DNA from: the human T2T-CHM13v2.0 reference genome, Homo sapiens
DNA length: 64,000 bases
Reading direction: 5' to 3' (one strand)
Assembly: GCF_009914755.1 (NCBI RefSeq)
Contig: NC_060927.1
The translations under genes were made by a program, and so were the position numbers. A model generated the notes under the pieces. The model saw nothing but the letters and a program-made list of their open reading frames with translations. It had not been told where the DNA came from and searched no databases. Below are positions 42,861-56,965 of the stretch, in pieces. The first letter of the stretch is position 1. The number at the start of each line of letters is the position of its first letter.

Positions 42861-44626
42861 CTTAAACACTACAACTACATTTACATTTCTAAAACCCTGA
42901 GCCCTTTCATTACTCTGGCAACTGCACTCTGATTTCTGGAACTTTGAAGTAGAAGGGGGGAGTGTGAATTTTAAGGTAAGAGTTTGGGGATGAAGATCTA
43001 AGTGGGGCAGGACAGATTACAGAATGAAAAGGGAGAAGTACAGTCTCATTGTGGGAATACACAGCAAATGAGAGAGATGCAAAAGTAAACCTCGGCAATC
43101 AGTTTCTATATTTTACTCTCTTTTCTTCCAGCTGGATGCAAAACCCTGCCTGAGTAGCAGATTCTTTTTATTCTATTTTATTTTTTAGCCCTTCAGTCAT
43201 CAGGTACAGAATCTTTCTCATTTTAAGACACTCAGACCCTCTACTCTCACATTTTCTTCCCCAAATTACTTAAAATCAACTTTTCCTTCTCGCTTGTCTC
43301 CTCATGTGTGCCTTCCTGAGGAATAAAAGACTGCTCCAAGCTGCTTCAGCTTCCTTTGAAAGTTTTCTTTCTTGCTTGTTTGCTTTTCCTCATCAGGAAG
43401 CATCCCCACATTCAAATACCAATTGTTCCCCTATCAGAGAGCCCTTTTTAGGGTGTTTTCAAGTAGGAAGCTGAGCAGCTCTGGCTTGTAGGATATTACT
43501 GTGGCTCTCCACCAGCAAAGAAGAGATGGAATTGCCCTACTGAGTTTTGGATGAGGCACTAGAAAGTGGTATAATGTGATAATGATTTAGTGATAGCTCT
43601 AATTATAGCACATCTCAGTCCAGCAAATGTGTATTGAACACAAAGCCATTTAGCAGGAAGTTGCAGGTGTCTCCAATGGGAGAAATAAAACTACGTATCA
43701 CTATGCCTGTTAGTAATAGGTCATTGTTTTCCTGAATCATAAGTCTTTTCCATTTCTCTGTGAGTGTATGAAGAACTGCTAGCTCAAACTTGCTATTATT
43801 AACAGCAAATTTCCAAAAGCGAAAAGTGGAACTGTAAAAAGTTCATAGCGTTAGTGAGCATAGTAACTGACCTGCTCTTTAAACTTTAGTTAATAAAAAA
43901 AGGAAACAGGAAGTCATCTTTGAGTTTCTGAACAAAATAGAATCAAGACTATTATCATTATTGTTATTATTGTTTTAGAATCATAGAGGTTCCAGAGCTA
44001 GTTTTAGGCTAAAATTTAAGAAGTTGTTTAATTCTAATTTCTCTATAATTTCAATTATCATATAAGTTTCTTTAAGATGAGTATCTTTTCATTCTATTAA
44101 AAATATTATAAAGCATCCCTAAAAAAGTCAGAGATTAGAAGAATATTGCCCTAGTACACTAAATGTTAGAATCTGCATAATGGATCATTACGGAGATTAC
44201 AAGGTCACTTAAAATATTTCTGGGTCTCCAAGAATGCAATTTTACTTATTAAATGTGTTAATATTCCCCCCAAGTCAGTCAGAACGTAGGTTTTACCAGA
44301 TGTGGAAGCATAGAACAAAAGAATCATTGAGACAAATGTTGTCACACCCTGTTATAGCGCCATCCATGGAAAAAGAACTTTAAAACCGGCAGTCTTCCAG
44401 TGTCCTTTTGCCATCTGCAATTGTCTCCTGTTGTGGAGTGGATGAGGCTGCCTATCACAGTTTCATGCAATCAAATAATTAAATTAATCTCTATGTTTAA
44501 CATTTATCTGTAATGGTATATTTAATTAACATGCAGTGCCCATGTTCTCAGCTGATATTCAATAAACATCTTCTGCTTATTATTCTAGTTTTTATGAGAG
44601 TTACATTGCTACACTTACTAAAATTA

Positions 44627-44772
44627 TACCAGTCACTGGGGATTTAGGGCCAATCCTAAATCAGTATGACCTCAACATAATCACACTTGCAAAAGATCCT
44701 ATTTCCAAATAAGTTCACATTTTGAGGAAACAGAAGGATATGAATTTTGAGGGATACAATTTAACTAACTGT
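44627..44772 (-). mobile_element. MLT1B-like LTR fragment
   Basis: gatttagggccaatcctaaatcagtatgacctca...cctatttccaaataagttcacattttgagg. Confidence 0.75.
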
Positions 44773-45334
44773 TTCCTCTTTCCTAGATGTATTATTACTA
44801 GGGACATGATGCTTATTAGGGTTTAGAAGGTATTTACTATAATTTATTTCAAAAATAGAGAATATGTGGCATGTACAATATTCCAAGGGTCCCTCCTAAA
44901 TGTCAAGAGATACATAGGTTGGAATTTATGACAGGTAAAGCTGATATAAATGATGGCTGTTAGTTGCATAGCAGCTTTCTCCTTCTGAAAAGCTAGACCA
45001 TATCCTGACTTACTTTGGGGAACATATTGTACTAATTCCACTATTTGCTGGATGTCACCTAACTCAGAGAAACAGAATTTGTTAGAAAGGCAACAACGCA
45101 TAAATATTTGGGCCAATAAAGATAGAGAATAAACAATAGTCCTAAAAACACCTATTCCCTCAAATGACAAGTTCAAATTTATTATAAAAACATATCTCAC
45201 AAATGTGGCTCTGAAGTAAAATAAGATTAATTATCCAAAGTTCCAAAAATTGAAAGCAAACCATTCACATTTGTTCAAGAGAAACAATCTTTCATGCTGA
45301 TGCGACAAAAATTTCTTTTTAAATTTTTTTAAAT

Positions 45335-45500
45335 AATTTTTTTAAATTGACACAATTTTATCTATCATGTAAAAATGAAGTATACATATTTCAGGGAATT
45401 TTAAAATCTAACTAATTATATGCACTACCTCACATGGTTATATTTTTGTGGCAAGAACATTTAACATCTACTCTTAGCATTTTTCAAGGTTGCAATCATA
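45335..45500 (-). mobile_element. L1MA 3' end fragment
   Basis: tgcactacctcacatggttatatttttgtggcaagaacatttaacatctactcttagcatttttcaag. Confidence 0.7.
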
Positions 45501-45624
45501 TATAAGACCAAAAATATATTTTGTGATTTTGTATACATACTTTTCAACATTATACTTCAAGCATGTATGAAATGAGCTTTATTGCACTGTTTCTTATAAT
45601 AACCTAATATAATAAGATCAAATA

Positions 45625-45810
45625 GCCTCTGCTTCTCAGACATTTAATAGTCGTATGACCTTGAGCCAGTTTCTAAACTTCTTTAAGGCTCATTTTTCAC
45701 TTCCATAATTGGGTTTCACAGATTTGTTTTGATGATCTAATAAGGTGGTGCTGTAAAAAATATAATATAGAGGTTGACCCTTGTGAAGTTATTGTTAAAT
45801 GGTAGTTACT
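45625..45810 (+). mobile_element. MIR
   Basis: tatgaccttgagccagtttctaaacttctttaaggctcatttttc. Confidence 0.6.
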
Positions 45811-46576
45811 AATTTCATTAAAGCAAAATATATATTAACTTACAGTGTGCAATCTCAGTCTCCAAAATCATCATTATCTGTCTGAGGGGGTATTTTTATG
45901 GACTTAGTCACTTGAAACCCAATTAATATACAGAATATTTCAGGATACATTGAGGAAGAATGGTATTAAAAACTACTCTCAACAATCCCTGATTAAATAT
46001 AGTGAACCCTTCTGCCACACAACTGGTAGACTTTTGCAGTAATAAAAAGTTTGAGTGTATCAGATGTCTTTTTATCTTTACCATACCAGATGAACACAAG
46101 AAAATACTGGTACGATGAATTAGTCTTTCTGAACTTAATGAAAATCACAAATCTGTAATGTAGTATTTCTTTAAACAAGATACAAACAATCTTTTAGATT
46201 ACATTTTTCATTTATTTGTCTTAGTTTCCGAAGACAAGTTTATCTTATTTTATGTGGCAATTCCAAAACCTTCTGAGCTTCTTCCTTAAAAACAATTTGT
46301 CATGGTTGTTTCTATAATAATTACATCATTTAAATGTTGATTCTAACTAATTTTTGTAAGCTCTTGAATCACCTTATTATACCATGTCCTAACCGCAATT
46401 GATCAAGAATAAAGAATCAATTAAACTATGATGTGATAGATGTCACTCAGAGTTGTAAATTAATGTACTCACATTTGTAATTATGGCAGCAAATTTCTTC
46501 TTTCATTGTTTTCATATGTCAAAAATGTTTATGTTATATACTTTTACCATAATTAAACATTTATAAAAAGTAATTT

Positions 46577-47090
46577 TACCCAGTAATGGGATGGAATCAT
46601 GCTGCTATAAAGACACATGCACACGTATGTTTATTGCGGCACTATTCACAATAGCAAAGACTTGGAACCAAGCCAAATGTCCAACAATGATAGACTGGAT
46701 TAAGAAAATGTGGCACATATACACCATGGAATACTATGCAGCCATAAAAAATAATGAGTTCATGTCCTTTGGAGAGACATGGATGAAGCTGGAAACCATC
46801 ATTCTTAGCAAACTATCGCAAGGACAAAAAATACAAACACCGCATGTTCTCACTCATATGTGGTAATTGAACAATGAGAACACATGGACACAGGAAGGGG
46901 AACGTCACACACCGGGGACTGTTGTGGGGTGGGAGGAGGCGGGAGGGATAGCATTAGGAGATATACCTAATGCTAAATGACGAGTTAATGGGTGCAGCAC
47001 ACCAACATGGCACATGTATACATATGTAACAAACCTGCACGTTGTGCACATGTACCCTAAAACTTAGAGTATAATAATAATAAAATTTTT
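46577..47090 (+). mobile_element. L1PA3/4-like 3' end with 18-bp 5' inversion
   Basis: TSD taaaaagtaatttta at 46564-46578 and 47091-47105; gctaaatgacgagttaatggg. Confidence 0.95.
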
Positions 47091-47504
47091 TAAAAAGTAA
47101 TTTTAATTGCTTATCTTTAGTAAATGTGTTTGTTTGCAAGTTTAAAATATGATTTGGAGAGAAAATAACATGTAACCTTCCAAAAATTTGTCAAAAAAGG
47201 ACCAGCTTATATATCTGTTAAATATTGTTTTGAAAAGAATAAATAAAAAATATAGAACATATATAATGTTGAAATTATTGGAAGCGTATTGAAATATTTC
47301 TTTGGAATCTCTAGAAATTCAGCAGGATGGATTAAAAGCACACATGTTGTGAAGGAAAGGAGTACATGTGAAATAACTGTAGCTATAATAATAAAATATA
47401 GCAGTGCTTTTTATAACCTCAAATGAGAAAGATGTCGCAAACAACATGAGAATTACTGAACCCATGTATTTACTCTATGCTTTGGGATGGAATGTGTGGG
47501 GTAT

Positions 47505-47750
47505 TGTGCAAAGCTTTCAGTCATAAAAGTGGAAGTGTCTTGCTTTGACTTCTGTATCTGCTTGCCAGCTGTATGACTCTGAATAAGTCATGTAACCTAT
47601 TTATAGTATCAGTTTTTTTCCTCCATAATTGCAAGGTTAAAAAATATTAACAAGGTTGACATGAGGATTAAAATAATTACATCATACAAAATTGCCTTAT
47701 AAAGATAAAAACTACAAAATATCATGTCAATATAAGGCACTGTTACTGTA
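47505..47750 (+). mobile_element. MIR
   Basis: cagctgtatgactctgaataagtcatgtaacct...tcagtttttttcctcc...atgaggattaaaat. Confidence 0.65.
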
Positions 47751-48133
47751 GCAAAATATAAGGAAAAAATTGCAACTTTACTGAAGACTGGAAAAAAGTT
47801 AAACCATTATTCCACAGTTTTGAAAATTATATTTTAATTTTAATATCTTAACAAGATTATTACCTGTAAAATTCTAAAACAGAATTGTTTCCAATTAAAT
47901 CTCTGAGGTTTTTTGTTTGTTGGTTAATGTTCTATTTGATTTCAGGGCTTCATTACATTTAAATATGGTAGCAGCACACATGGAATCATGCAATTATATA
48001 TAAATCACAATCTTTCCATATTGATTCTTAGATAAACCACTTACATTATAGTCTTCTTCCTGCATTTGTAAAACAATATTAACATAAAATTGTATTCAGT
48101 AGGAAAATACTACAGGCAAGCTATGGCCTACAA

Positions 48134-48425
48134 CAACGGTCCCCAACATTTTGGCACCAGGGACCAGTTTCGTGGAAGACAGTTTTTCCAGGGACCCAGT
48201 GGGTGATGGTTTCTGTTGGATTATCATAAAGAGCGCCAACCTAGATCCCCCACATGCACAGTTCACAATAGCGTTTGCCCGCCTGTGAGAATCTAATGCA
48301 GCTGACCTGACAGGAGGCGGAACTCAGGCCATAATGCTCACTCAGCTGCGGCTCACCTCCTGCTGTGCAGCCCAGTTCTTAACAGGCTATGGACCAGTGC
48401 CAGTCTGCGGCCTAGGGGTCGGGGA
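48134..48425 (+). mobile_element. MER1B hAT-Charlie DNA transposon
   Basis: ggtccccaacattttggcaccagggaccagtttcgtggaagac; ctgacaggaggcggaactcagg; ctcacctcctgctgtgcagccc. Confidence 0.9.
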
Positions 48426-49417
48426 GGGGGGAATGGTCTGTGGAGTACGTGGTAAAATGACTGCTCATGAAAAATATAAAATATTCGTCTTGTGAGGTTC
48501 TTTGTACAAAATTTTACTCAGAGTATCATTAAAGGCCATTACCTATAAAATAAAACGATGTATGCTATCTTCGAATACAGCAAAATGTTAGTACCCAAAT
48601 AAGTCAATATAAATGATGTTATAGGGTTATAGGATTACAATAAATGAGGAGGCATCTTGTTGTATCAATAATTAGTTAGAGATATAAAATATTCAAACAA
48701 ATGTAGAGAAGAATCACACCATATCAGAATTATATTTTCAACATCATATAAAAGGCAGGCATTTAAAATTAGGAAATTATGGGATGCTAAACAATTATTC
48801 ACTCCCATTATATATGCACAATCATTTATATTGTTACCAAATGTTGCCAATAGGTTAAAATGCATAAATAAAAAATGTAGATAAACTGAGTGGCCAACAT
48901 GTTTATTGGGAATGTGTTTTATATACAGACAAGAATTCACCACTTGCTTATCTCCTTTTAAATTTTATTTGATCATGATTTGAAACAATGGCAGGTCTAT
49001 TCTCACAAATTATATAGGTTATCTGCAGACATTTATTTTGGTATTGTCTCCACATAGAATGATATGCAAATTGATGATCTTTATTTTCATAAACACACAT
49101 TTAGCTTTATAAACAACTCATGAAACATGTTTAAAACTGTTGGTTTATCTGATGACAACTAATTCATGTAATTCTCAAGTCTACTTATTTACCTATCATT
49201 CTTCATTCCAGCACCATTACTACCTTCTTCACTTCATGTGTTATAATTATCTTGGTAATAATAAATATCATTAACCAATAAAATATATAATGTACACACT
49301 TGAAAAGCTATAATTAAGAAATGTAAATTACTTCAATTTCTGTTTGTCCAAATTGCTAAAAATATAATAAAAGTTGTATCCAGTTATTGCGTGAAAATCT
49401 ACTTATGTTTTTTTAAA

Positions 49418-49748
<331 letters not shown>

Positions 49749-51009
49749 TAGTTTAAAGATTGTTAAGACATGCCTCTTCACCTAACAGGGCATACATATG
49801 CATAAATGTTTTCTAGAGTCCCTGGAATGTTTTCCATGATGATCTTCAGCATGTTATCAAGTTTATAGTCAGCCTATGGAAGTTGGAATGTAGGATAGGG
49901 GATGCATTTGTGATGTTTCTGAGATAGAATATTTGGAACAGAGATTAGAAATTGAGAATGTGAAGATAAGGTTACTACAATAGTTTTTTACATAATATAT
50001 AATAAATACTCATTGAGTGAAATAATAACTGGACTTTAAGAGGATTAAAAACTGTAAATAAATTTTATAGATTTTATTGACATTAATGTTGACATAAAAA
50101 TAGAAAATACACCACCATTCCTTTGGTAGAAAATGCACAGCTTAATAATTAATAAAACAACTATGTAATTATTGTCTTAAAATTATCTGGGGACTTTTTC
50201 CTTATGAATTTTGCTATTTCATAATTACTTAAATAAATAAAAATGAAAGAATAATTGAAAACAGTTTTTCTGGCTTATTCCGGAACACTTAAGAATTTAA
50301 CATGTATTAATAATATTTTTTCCACTGACTATTCATATAACCTAACATACCTTTTGTGAGAAGTTTTTAAAATAAAGTGGAAAAGTTATTTCAGTTAGAA
50401 TTGTTAGCACAAATCAGTTCCTTGAATGTCATTCTTTAAATTCTTGAGGTGTCATGGAGCATCTCACATTGATGACTTTTCTCCACAAAAGTGTGTGCGT
50501 ACTGGCTAAAGGATTTCCAATGCATTGCTGAAAGCACTGTTCTTTTAACACATGCTTTTGCTGGAAGAGTTGTTCTTGCATGCTAATAAGATGATTCCCA
50601 AGGGCCACATCTTTTCCCATTGAATTCTGAAATAGTTTTACTGCTCCTAGGACACATATGCAAATCACATTAAATTACAGAGAACATGCAACCCACTGTC
50701 AAACATTATAGACTAATGATCATGACTGCCGAAGTGAATCTACCAAAAAATATGTGTAATGTAGAAGAAAATTTGAGTTTTTCAGACTTTACAAAGTTCT
50801 TATTGATTGGAATAAAAGAATATGTTAAACACTACTAGTTTATAGGAATAAGAAAGGGAGCAAAATACATGAACCATTTATTTCAGTTAAACAATACATG
50901 CTATTCCTTGTTTTCTTTTCTTATCTCTTCCAACTATTAGATGCAGATGAGCAAAAGAAAATTGATTCTAAAAGGTAATAATTTCAAACACTTATTAATA
51001 CAGAATGTT

Positions 51010-51225
51010 TTGTACTATACACTACTTTACATATGTTATCTCATTTTATTTTAATAAATGTATACAATGGGTGTTGTAATCCCCAGTTTACATAACATTA
51101 AAATTAGGTGTATGGATAGTAAGAAACTCCCTCAATACTGCAGCTAGGAAGAATAGCTGAAAGGATTCTGAAACATTTTATCTTACTTCAGAATCAATAA
51201 TTTCAGTAAGCATTATATACTGCTG
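51010..51225 (-). mobile_element. MIR
   Basis: ctttacatatgttatctcatttt...atccccagtttaca...cagctaggaag. Confidence 0.5.
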
Positions 51226-51404
51226 CATGAGGAAATGTTTTATCCCATGAACACAAAGATATGTTTTTAGAGGATGCATCCACATAGGTACTCTCAATTA
51301 GAAATTAGAGAAGAATAAGAATACTATAAACTTAATTATTGCAGAAAAGTATTTAATAATTCTCAATATCTATTTCTGATATAAATTCAAAAAAAAATAA
51401 CAAA

Positions 51405-51900
51405 ATCCTGAAAGCCACCATAAACTACTCTTCCCTGTGTCTACCCTCTTTTTCAGTGACATCACTGCTACTCCCATTAAATGATAGATCCATCTTTGTA
51501 CCTTGTTGAGTCTGTGCTGGATACTTTCTTCCACTAACAGAATGTAGTAAAAATTGTGTCGGACTTTAGGATGCTAACCCTTAAGAGGCATGGCATCTCC
51601 TGCTTTCACCTTTTACAAGTGACTTCCTATTCAGAAGATGATTTTGCGTAGTAGGGAATAAGACAGCACTGAGGACACCCCAAACAGCAACCAGCACCAC
51701 CTGCCTGACAACAGAGTGAAGCCGTCTTGAACCTCCCATTCTCAGTTGAGCTGTCAGATGACTGCATCCACAGGCAATCCCAGGGAAGACGAGCAGAAGC
51801 CACCCAGATTGCCAAACCATAGACTAATTAAAAAATGTAAATCATACAGCTTAAACTACTAAGCTTTGAAGTTTATTACACAATAATAAATTGCCAGTGC
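51405..51900 (+). mobile_element. MLT1 (F/G/H-like) LTR
   Basis: aacagcaaccagcaccacctgcc...gagtgaagccgtcttgaacctcc...cagatgactgca...agcagaagccacccag. Confidence 0.7.
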
Positions 51901-52064
51901 AGAAAGAGTCCTTCTTTTCCATAATATATAATTATATTTCAAATCACCATATATTGTACTACTTAATAGTGAAGCATTAACACTTTGCACAATAAGGTAA
52001 GAAAATAATTTGGATGGTAACATATTGAACAGATAAAATTTGACTACCAAGTCCTACGGAAAGG

Positions 52065-52480
52065 ACTGGTTATATCATCAGCAACAGATTTTCTCTCTTT
52101 GAGTACACAGATAAACTACATTTCCAAGACATATTTCATCTCTTTGGGCTCCTGTGATTAGTTCTTACCAATAAAATATAACCACAAATGTTATGTAAAT
52201 TCCATACGAAGACAATTTTATCTTTTCCTCACTTTTTCTCTTCACCTCTGGCTTCAAGCTGAAATACTTTGAGATGTTCAGCCATTTTTGGAAGATGTCA
52301 GATTCACTACTTGGAAGGATCCTAGGTCCCTGAGTCACTGCAGGAACCAGAACACCCATGACCACCATCACCACTAATTGGATTGGATAATAACATAAGT
52401 AAACAACAAACTTTTTCTGTTAACCCACTGAGATGTGTGGTTTACTTTTTACTGACATATAGCACGGCCTATTTAATACC
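52065..52480 (+). mobile_element. MLT1I/J-like LTR
   Basis: actacatttccaagac; ttggaaggatcctaggtccctgagtcactgc; ttaacccactgagatgtgtggttt. Confidence 0.65.
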
Positions 52481-52519
52481 TATTTTGAAACCATCTGTCT
52501 CATGTTCGATATGGTTTAT

Positions 52520-53010
52520 GTGGGGCTATTTTTCTCATCTCCAGTGATAAATCCATGACCCAGATTTGACTAATAAAAGTCCATCAGTATCCTGGCTAGA
52601 TGCAGTAAGTGATTTAACAATAACACTTAACCCAAATGGGGCCAATCAGCACATTCTCTGGGGCATTTATGCCAGTATATTCAGTACAGACATTTCCTCA
52701 GCTTTGGGATTAGAAGCTGAATGGATGTTATAAACTGAAGTGGCTGACATCTATTTTACGGGCTTAATGAAAGAATTCATTTGTTGTAAGAAAGAATGAG
52801 AATAGCATGCAAATAAAAGCAGAGTTGAGAGACGTGGAAAGAAATATCCCTCAGAACATATTTTGTGGTTATAGTTTCAGTCATGCCTGAAGTCAATTCT
52901 TCCTCTGGACCTTAGTCAGGTGCTGATTCACTTTATATACTGGTTTTTAATATGTAAGTGAATTTGATTTGGATTTACTTAAATTGCAAACAGAGTCCTA
53001 ACGGCTGTTA
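52520..53010 (+). mobile_element. MLT1K-like LTR
   Basis: acccaaatggggccaatcag; agcagagttgagagacgtgga; tcagtcatgcctgaagtca; ttgcaaacagagtcctaac. Confidence 0.6.
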
Positions 53011-53624
53011 TCATCTCTATTATTTAATAGTCTGTTGAAGTTTTATACAATGCAGTAAGAAAAACAGTATACATATTTGAAAGAAGTGACAAAATTAAGA
53101 TTATGCAATTGCTGACCTACACATTTTATTTAATCAAATAACAAATTAATCAATTTAATGAGAATTTGCCAAGTCAGCATTCTAATGTATATAAAACAGC
53201 TTACTTATATATTTTAAAAATCGATTTAAAATATGCAGAATGATTTCATTTCTATTCTATTTCACCTCAATTGTCTAAGTTAGTCACGGTAATTATATTA
53301 ATTTACCAGTATTAGCTGGTGCAGAGGTCTTGTGACTTGTTTAGGAATGGCCAATTGAATTTTAATTATTGACAATAAGGAGTAGGAAGTTGGCCACTTT
53401 TGATCAGGGGGGTGTTGTTAAAAGTTTCTTCACTACTAAAAGTAAAATAAGCACAGAGATAGTCTCTTATTTTTCCATAGATACATTATGCATGGAAGTA
53501 ACTGCTAAAGCCATCTTTCTATAAGCCCGAAGATGGCATTTCGAGAATGCTCATGATATCATTGAGTTACTGTTCTCATCCACACTTGGAGCCTGCACTG
53601 CCTCAGGTTTTGACATGTGGGTTT

Positions 53625-53680
53625 GCTGTTGTTGTTTGTTTTGTTTTGTTTTTTGCTCTGTTTGCTTGCTTGTTTGTTTG
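53625..53680 (+). repeat. GT/T-rich simple repeat
   Basis: tgttgttgtttgttttgttttgttttttg...ttgcttgcttgtttgtttg. Confidence 0.8.
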
Positions 53681-55254
53681 TCCTCACTCATCCTTTTTTG
53701 AGTAGTTTGAGGCAGCTTCAAAAAAAAATAATTTTTCAAAACTCCTTCCCTTGAATTTATTGCAAGTATATCTTTACCATGTGTATCCCAATACAATATT
53801 TTATGTATAGATCCAAAGATAGAGTCAGAATAAACCATGACAAATTTTTAGACGTGAAAATTTAGAGACGTGTGCTTTCAACATCTCCTCTTGTTTTTTT
53901 TTTCTGATATTGGTTGTTTTAAGACTGAGTGTTACAGGGAAACCTTTACTTAAGATTAACATTAGTCCAAAAAAACATGGGAAGATATGAAAGAAAATCA
54001 CTAGCGAAATCAACATCTGAAAATCACATATATTTGTGTGTATTTTTGTATTTATGAGTATTTTATTCCACTTTCAACAGCCACCAAAACGTCAAAAGTA
54101 CATCGATAAAACCTATCATCTTAGAGATAGATCAAAAAATAAAAGAAACTGTAAGTGGAAACAGATATTCCTAGTTATGTGAAAATGTGTGACATCCTAC
54201 TGTAAAAATTATTTATGGATATAGAACCATGAAGACCAATCTTTAGTGAAGGACCATCTCAATATCTAGAATGAGTGAATGGCAATCTGAATTGAGATTG
54301 AGATTCATATACAGCACTCAGAAGCCTGTAGAAGCTGCATGATTTTTGTCTGCTTGGGAAAATACAAGAGGCTTGCCATTTGGAACTGTGTAAATGTAGT
54401 CTTCATAGGTGTACTGAAGATTAAATGTCGAACATTTCAACAACTATAAGAAGGAACCATATATCAAATAATGTAAAGCAGAAATGGACATCCTGAAACA
54501 CATGTGGGAAGTTGCATTTCAGTATTTCTTTTTGGAAGGAACGGACTTGTGGAATGAATGGAGGAGATAGATGGGATGGCTATGAGGGCCCCTAAATACG
54601 ATGTTATACATAAAAATTAAAGATTGAGCAGATTCTCAAAATAATATCAGATAATTAGCTGATATCAGCTTCACTTTAAGATTTATCTGAGAAAGAATCA
54701 TAGATCAATTCTGCCATTCACCTGTGGCATCTTAGGGAACCCATGTAGGTGGTGCCTTTCTTTGGCCTAGATGTAATTCTCATACTTTTGAAATTGGTAA
54801 TATAGCAAACATCTCATATACTCAAGGGGCCTAGAGACTAAAGTGCTATTCATTACCTTATATAAGGCAAGGACTATTGACAGACCTCTTTCTAAACTTC
54901 AGCAGTAGTATTAAGTAACAAGACAGCAATACATCTGACTGCTTGTTTGTCAAAGAAATTTTGCAAGCAATACAGATTTAATTTTTTACAATGTGAAATG
55001 TATATTTCTGAGGAGCATGCATTCTTGGTATGAAAAATTACTTAAGGACAATAAGTATAGCAGACACTATTGGTGCCCATATTCATATTCACCCAGCTCA
55101 CTGAAGAGTTCACCAGGTTGGCAAAATAACTCAACTCCTGGAGGTCCCCCTCTGAATGAGGAGGATGAAACCATCCTCTGTCTTTTGGTACCTCAGCTCT
55201 TGCCCATAAACACGAAGGCTATATTGCAAGAATAGAGATAATGCATTAATCGAA

Positions 55255-55495
55255 TGCATGGGCTACTTCTTCCAAAGGCTGACCTCACTAATGCCACCGC
55301 TGTTGTCTAACCTCACTGCAACAAAGAACATAATGGTGTTTAAGTAGGGTACCCTTTCTAAAAAAGACCAACCAGATACTTGGTGGCAAGTTGATTTCAT
55401 CTGACCTCTTTGCCCTGAAAGTGTAGGGCAATATTCTTACTGGGAGGGATGCATCTTCTGAATTTGGATTTACTGTCTTGTTTGCAGTACTTCAG
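55255..55495 (+). pseudogene. ERVL pol integrase remnant
   Basis: Translates as LPKADLTNATA, GTLSKKDQPDTWWQVDFI*PL and ILTGRDASSEFGF, like ERVL GDQPATWWQVDYIGPL...VLTGIDTYSGYGF. Confidence 0.8.
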
Positions 55496-55962
55496 TTCCT
55501 TGACTTATTAAGGATTCTTTCCATGGAAGAAACTCTCATGCTAAAAAGTCCATGATTACTAGTTAAAATGTGACCCAATTCCTTAATCACTTTAATTCTC
55601 TAAAAAATAAAAAAAACCACATTTTACATTTTCCCCAAAATGCTATTGTCAAGAAATACTTAAAAAAGTATACAGCTGATAAAAAGTCAGTTGGTTGATA
55701 AAGATTTAAAAATGCTTCTTCTAACTAAATATTTCACTCATTTGAAATTTCCTAAGGGAACTGAATCAATAGTTTTTTTTTCTGGCTTAGAATCAAATTT
55801 GTGATAATATTAATTTGTCTCTGAAAATTGTTATAGTCAGTACTTGCAATGAAGTTAGGAAACATTTTTAATCTGACTAAATAATTTTTCATCGTCTCTA
55901 ACTTTAATCAAACAAGTTGTTGAACAAATTAACAATAACCAGATTTTTATTATGACCAAATT

Positions 55963-56152
55963 ACCTCAGCCTCTTAAGTAGCTGGGACTACAGGCATGTG
56001 CCAAAATGCCCAGGTAATTTTTTAATTTTACTTGTAGAGACAGGGTCTTCTTATGTTACGTAGGCTGGTCTCAAACTCCTAGGCTCAAGCAATCCTCCTG
56101 CTTTGGCTTCCCAAAGTGCTGGGATTACAGGCGTGAGCCACCATACCCAGCC
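55963..56152 (-). mobile_element. AluJ lacking distal right arm and tail
   Basis: Complete left arm ending ccatacccagcc; right arm starts abruptly at acctcagcctc. Confidence 0.9.
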
Positions 56153-56889
56153 TATGACTCTTAAGACTTGGAGTTTGCATAGTCTAGTCTCCTTACAGTC
56201 ACTTGTGCTTTTTCTGCAAGATAGTGAACACTAATAGCATTACTTACATAAGATTTGAAATATAGTAATGTTAAATTATCGCTGTTTTCACATTATAAAT
56301 CTACATGATGATTTATATTAACATATTGGAATATTTCAGTACTGACATTTTATTTGAGAATTCATAAGAGTATGAAAAGGTGATATTGATATACAATACA
56401 TTTGTGGTTCTCATTTTTTTAGGTTTCTATACCATGAAATGCTGAAGTTCCATAAGTAACTGAAAAAAAATTTCCTCTAATCCTAGGCTCTGGAAAATTT
56501 TAAATTACTAAGTTTTTATTTGGTTTTTCCAAATGTGATTTTTGAATTTATTCACAAATCATTCTATTTAAGGAAGTTATACTCTCTTGTGGGAGTGTCT
56601 TCACCAACTTCATCAATTTTTCCATAATTATTGTTTTAAGACAGTATTCTTAATCTTTGTTTAATTGATTTTGGTAGTTTGTACGTTCATTATGTGAAAT
56701 GAAATTTGTGGATATGTTACAATTGACATATTTCTAAGAGTATTTTTTATTAACGTTATTATTTGTTAATTCAGCAAGTATTTATTAACTACTGGCAGAT
56801 TAAAAAAAAAAGGCTAATCAATAGATCAGCCCATGTGGTAGCTTGCATTCTACTAGGATTTATCCCTAAATACAGAAACTATATCAATA

Positions 56890-56965
56890 GCTCATAGTAC
56901 CTGACATATAAAGGACATACAATAAGCATTTATTGAATGAAGGAGTGAATGGATAAATGAACAAA
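56890..56965 (+). mobile_element. L2 3' end
   Basis: catagtacctgacatata...caataagcatttattgaatgaaggagtgaatgg. Confidence 0.65.

Noticed and set aside
44844-45200. 118-aa minus-strand ORF outside obvious repeats
   Set aside because: Non-ATG start, no domain features, and composition typical of AT-rich noncoding DNA.
47060-47075. aaacttagag (L1HS-Ta-type G) in the L1 at 46577-47090
   Set aside because: All other diagnostics are L1PA3/4-like, so one recurrent A>G change is the simpler explanation.
54657-54670. 14-bp palindrome agctgatatcagct
   Set aside because: A few palindromes of this length are expected by chance in 64 kb.
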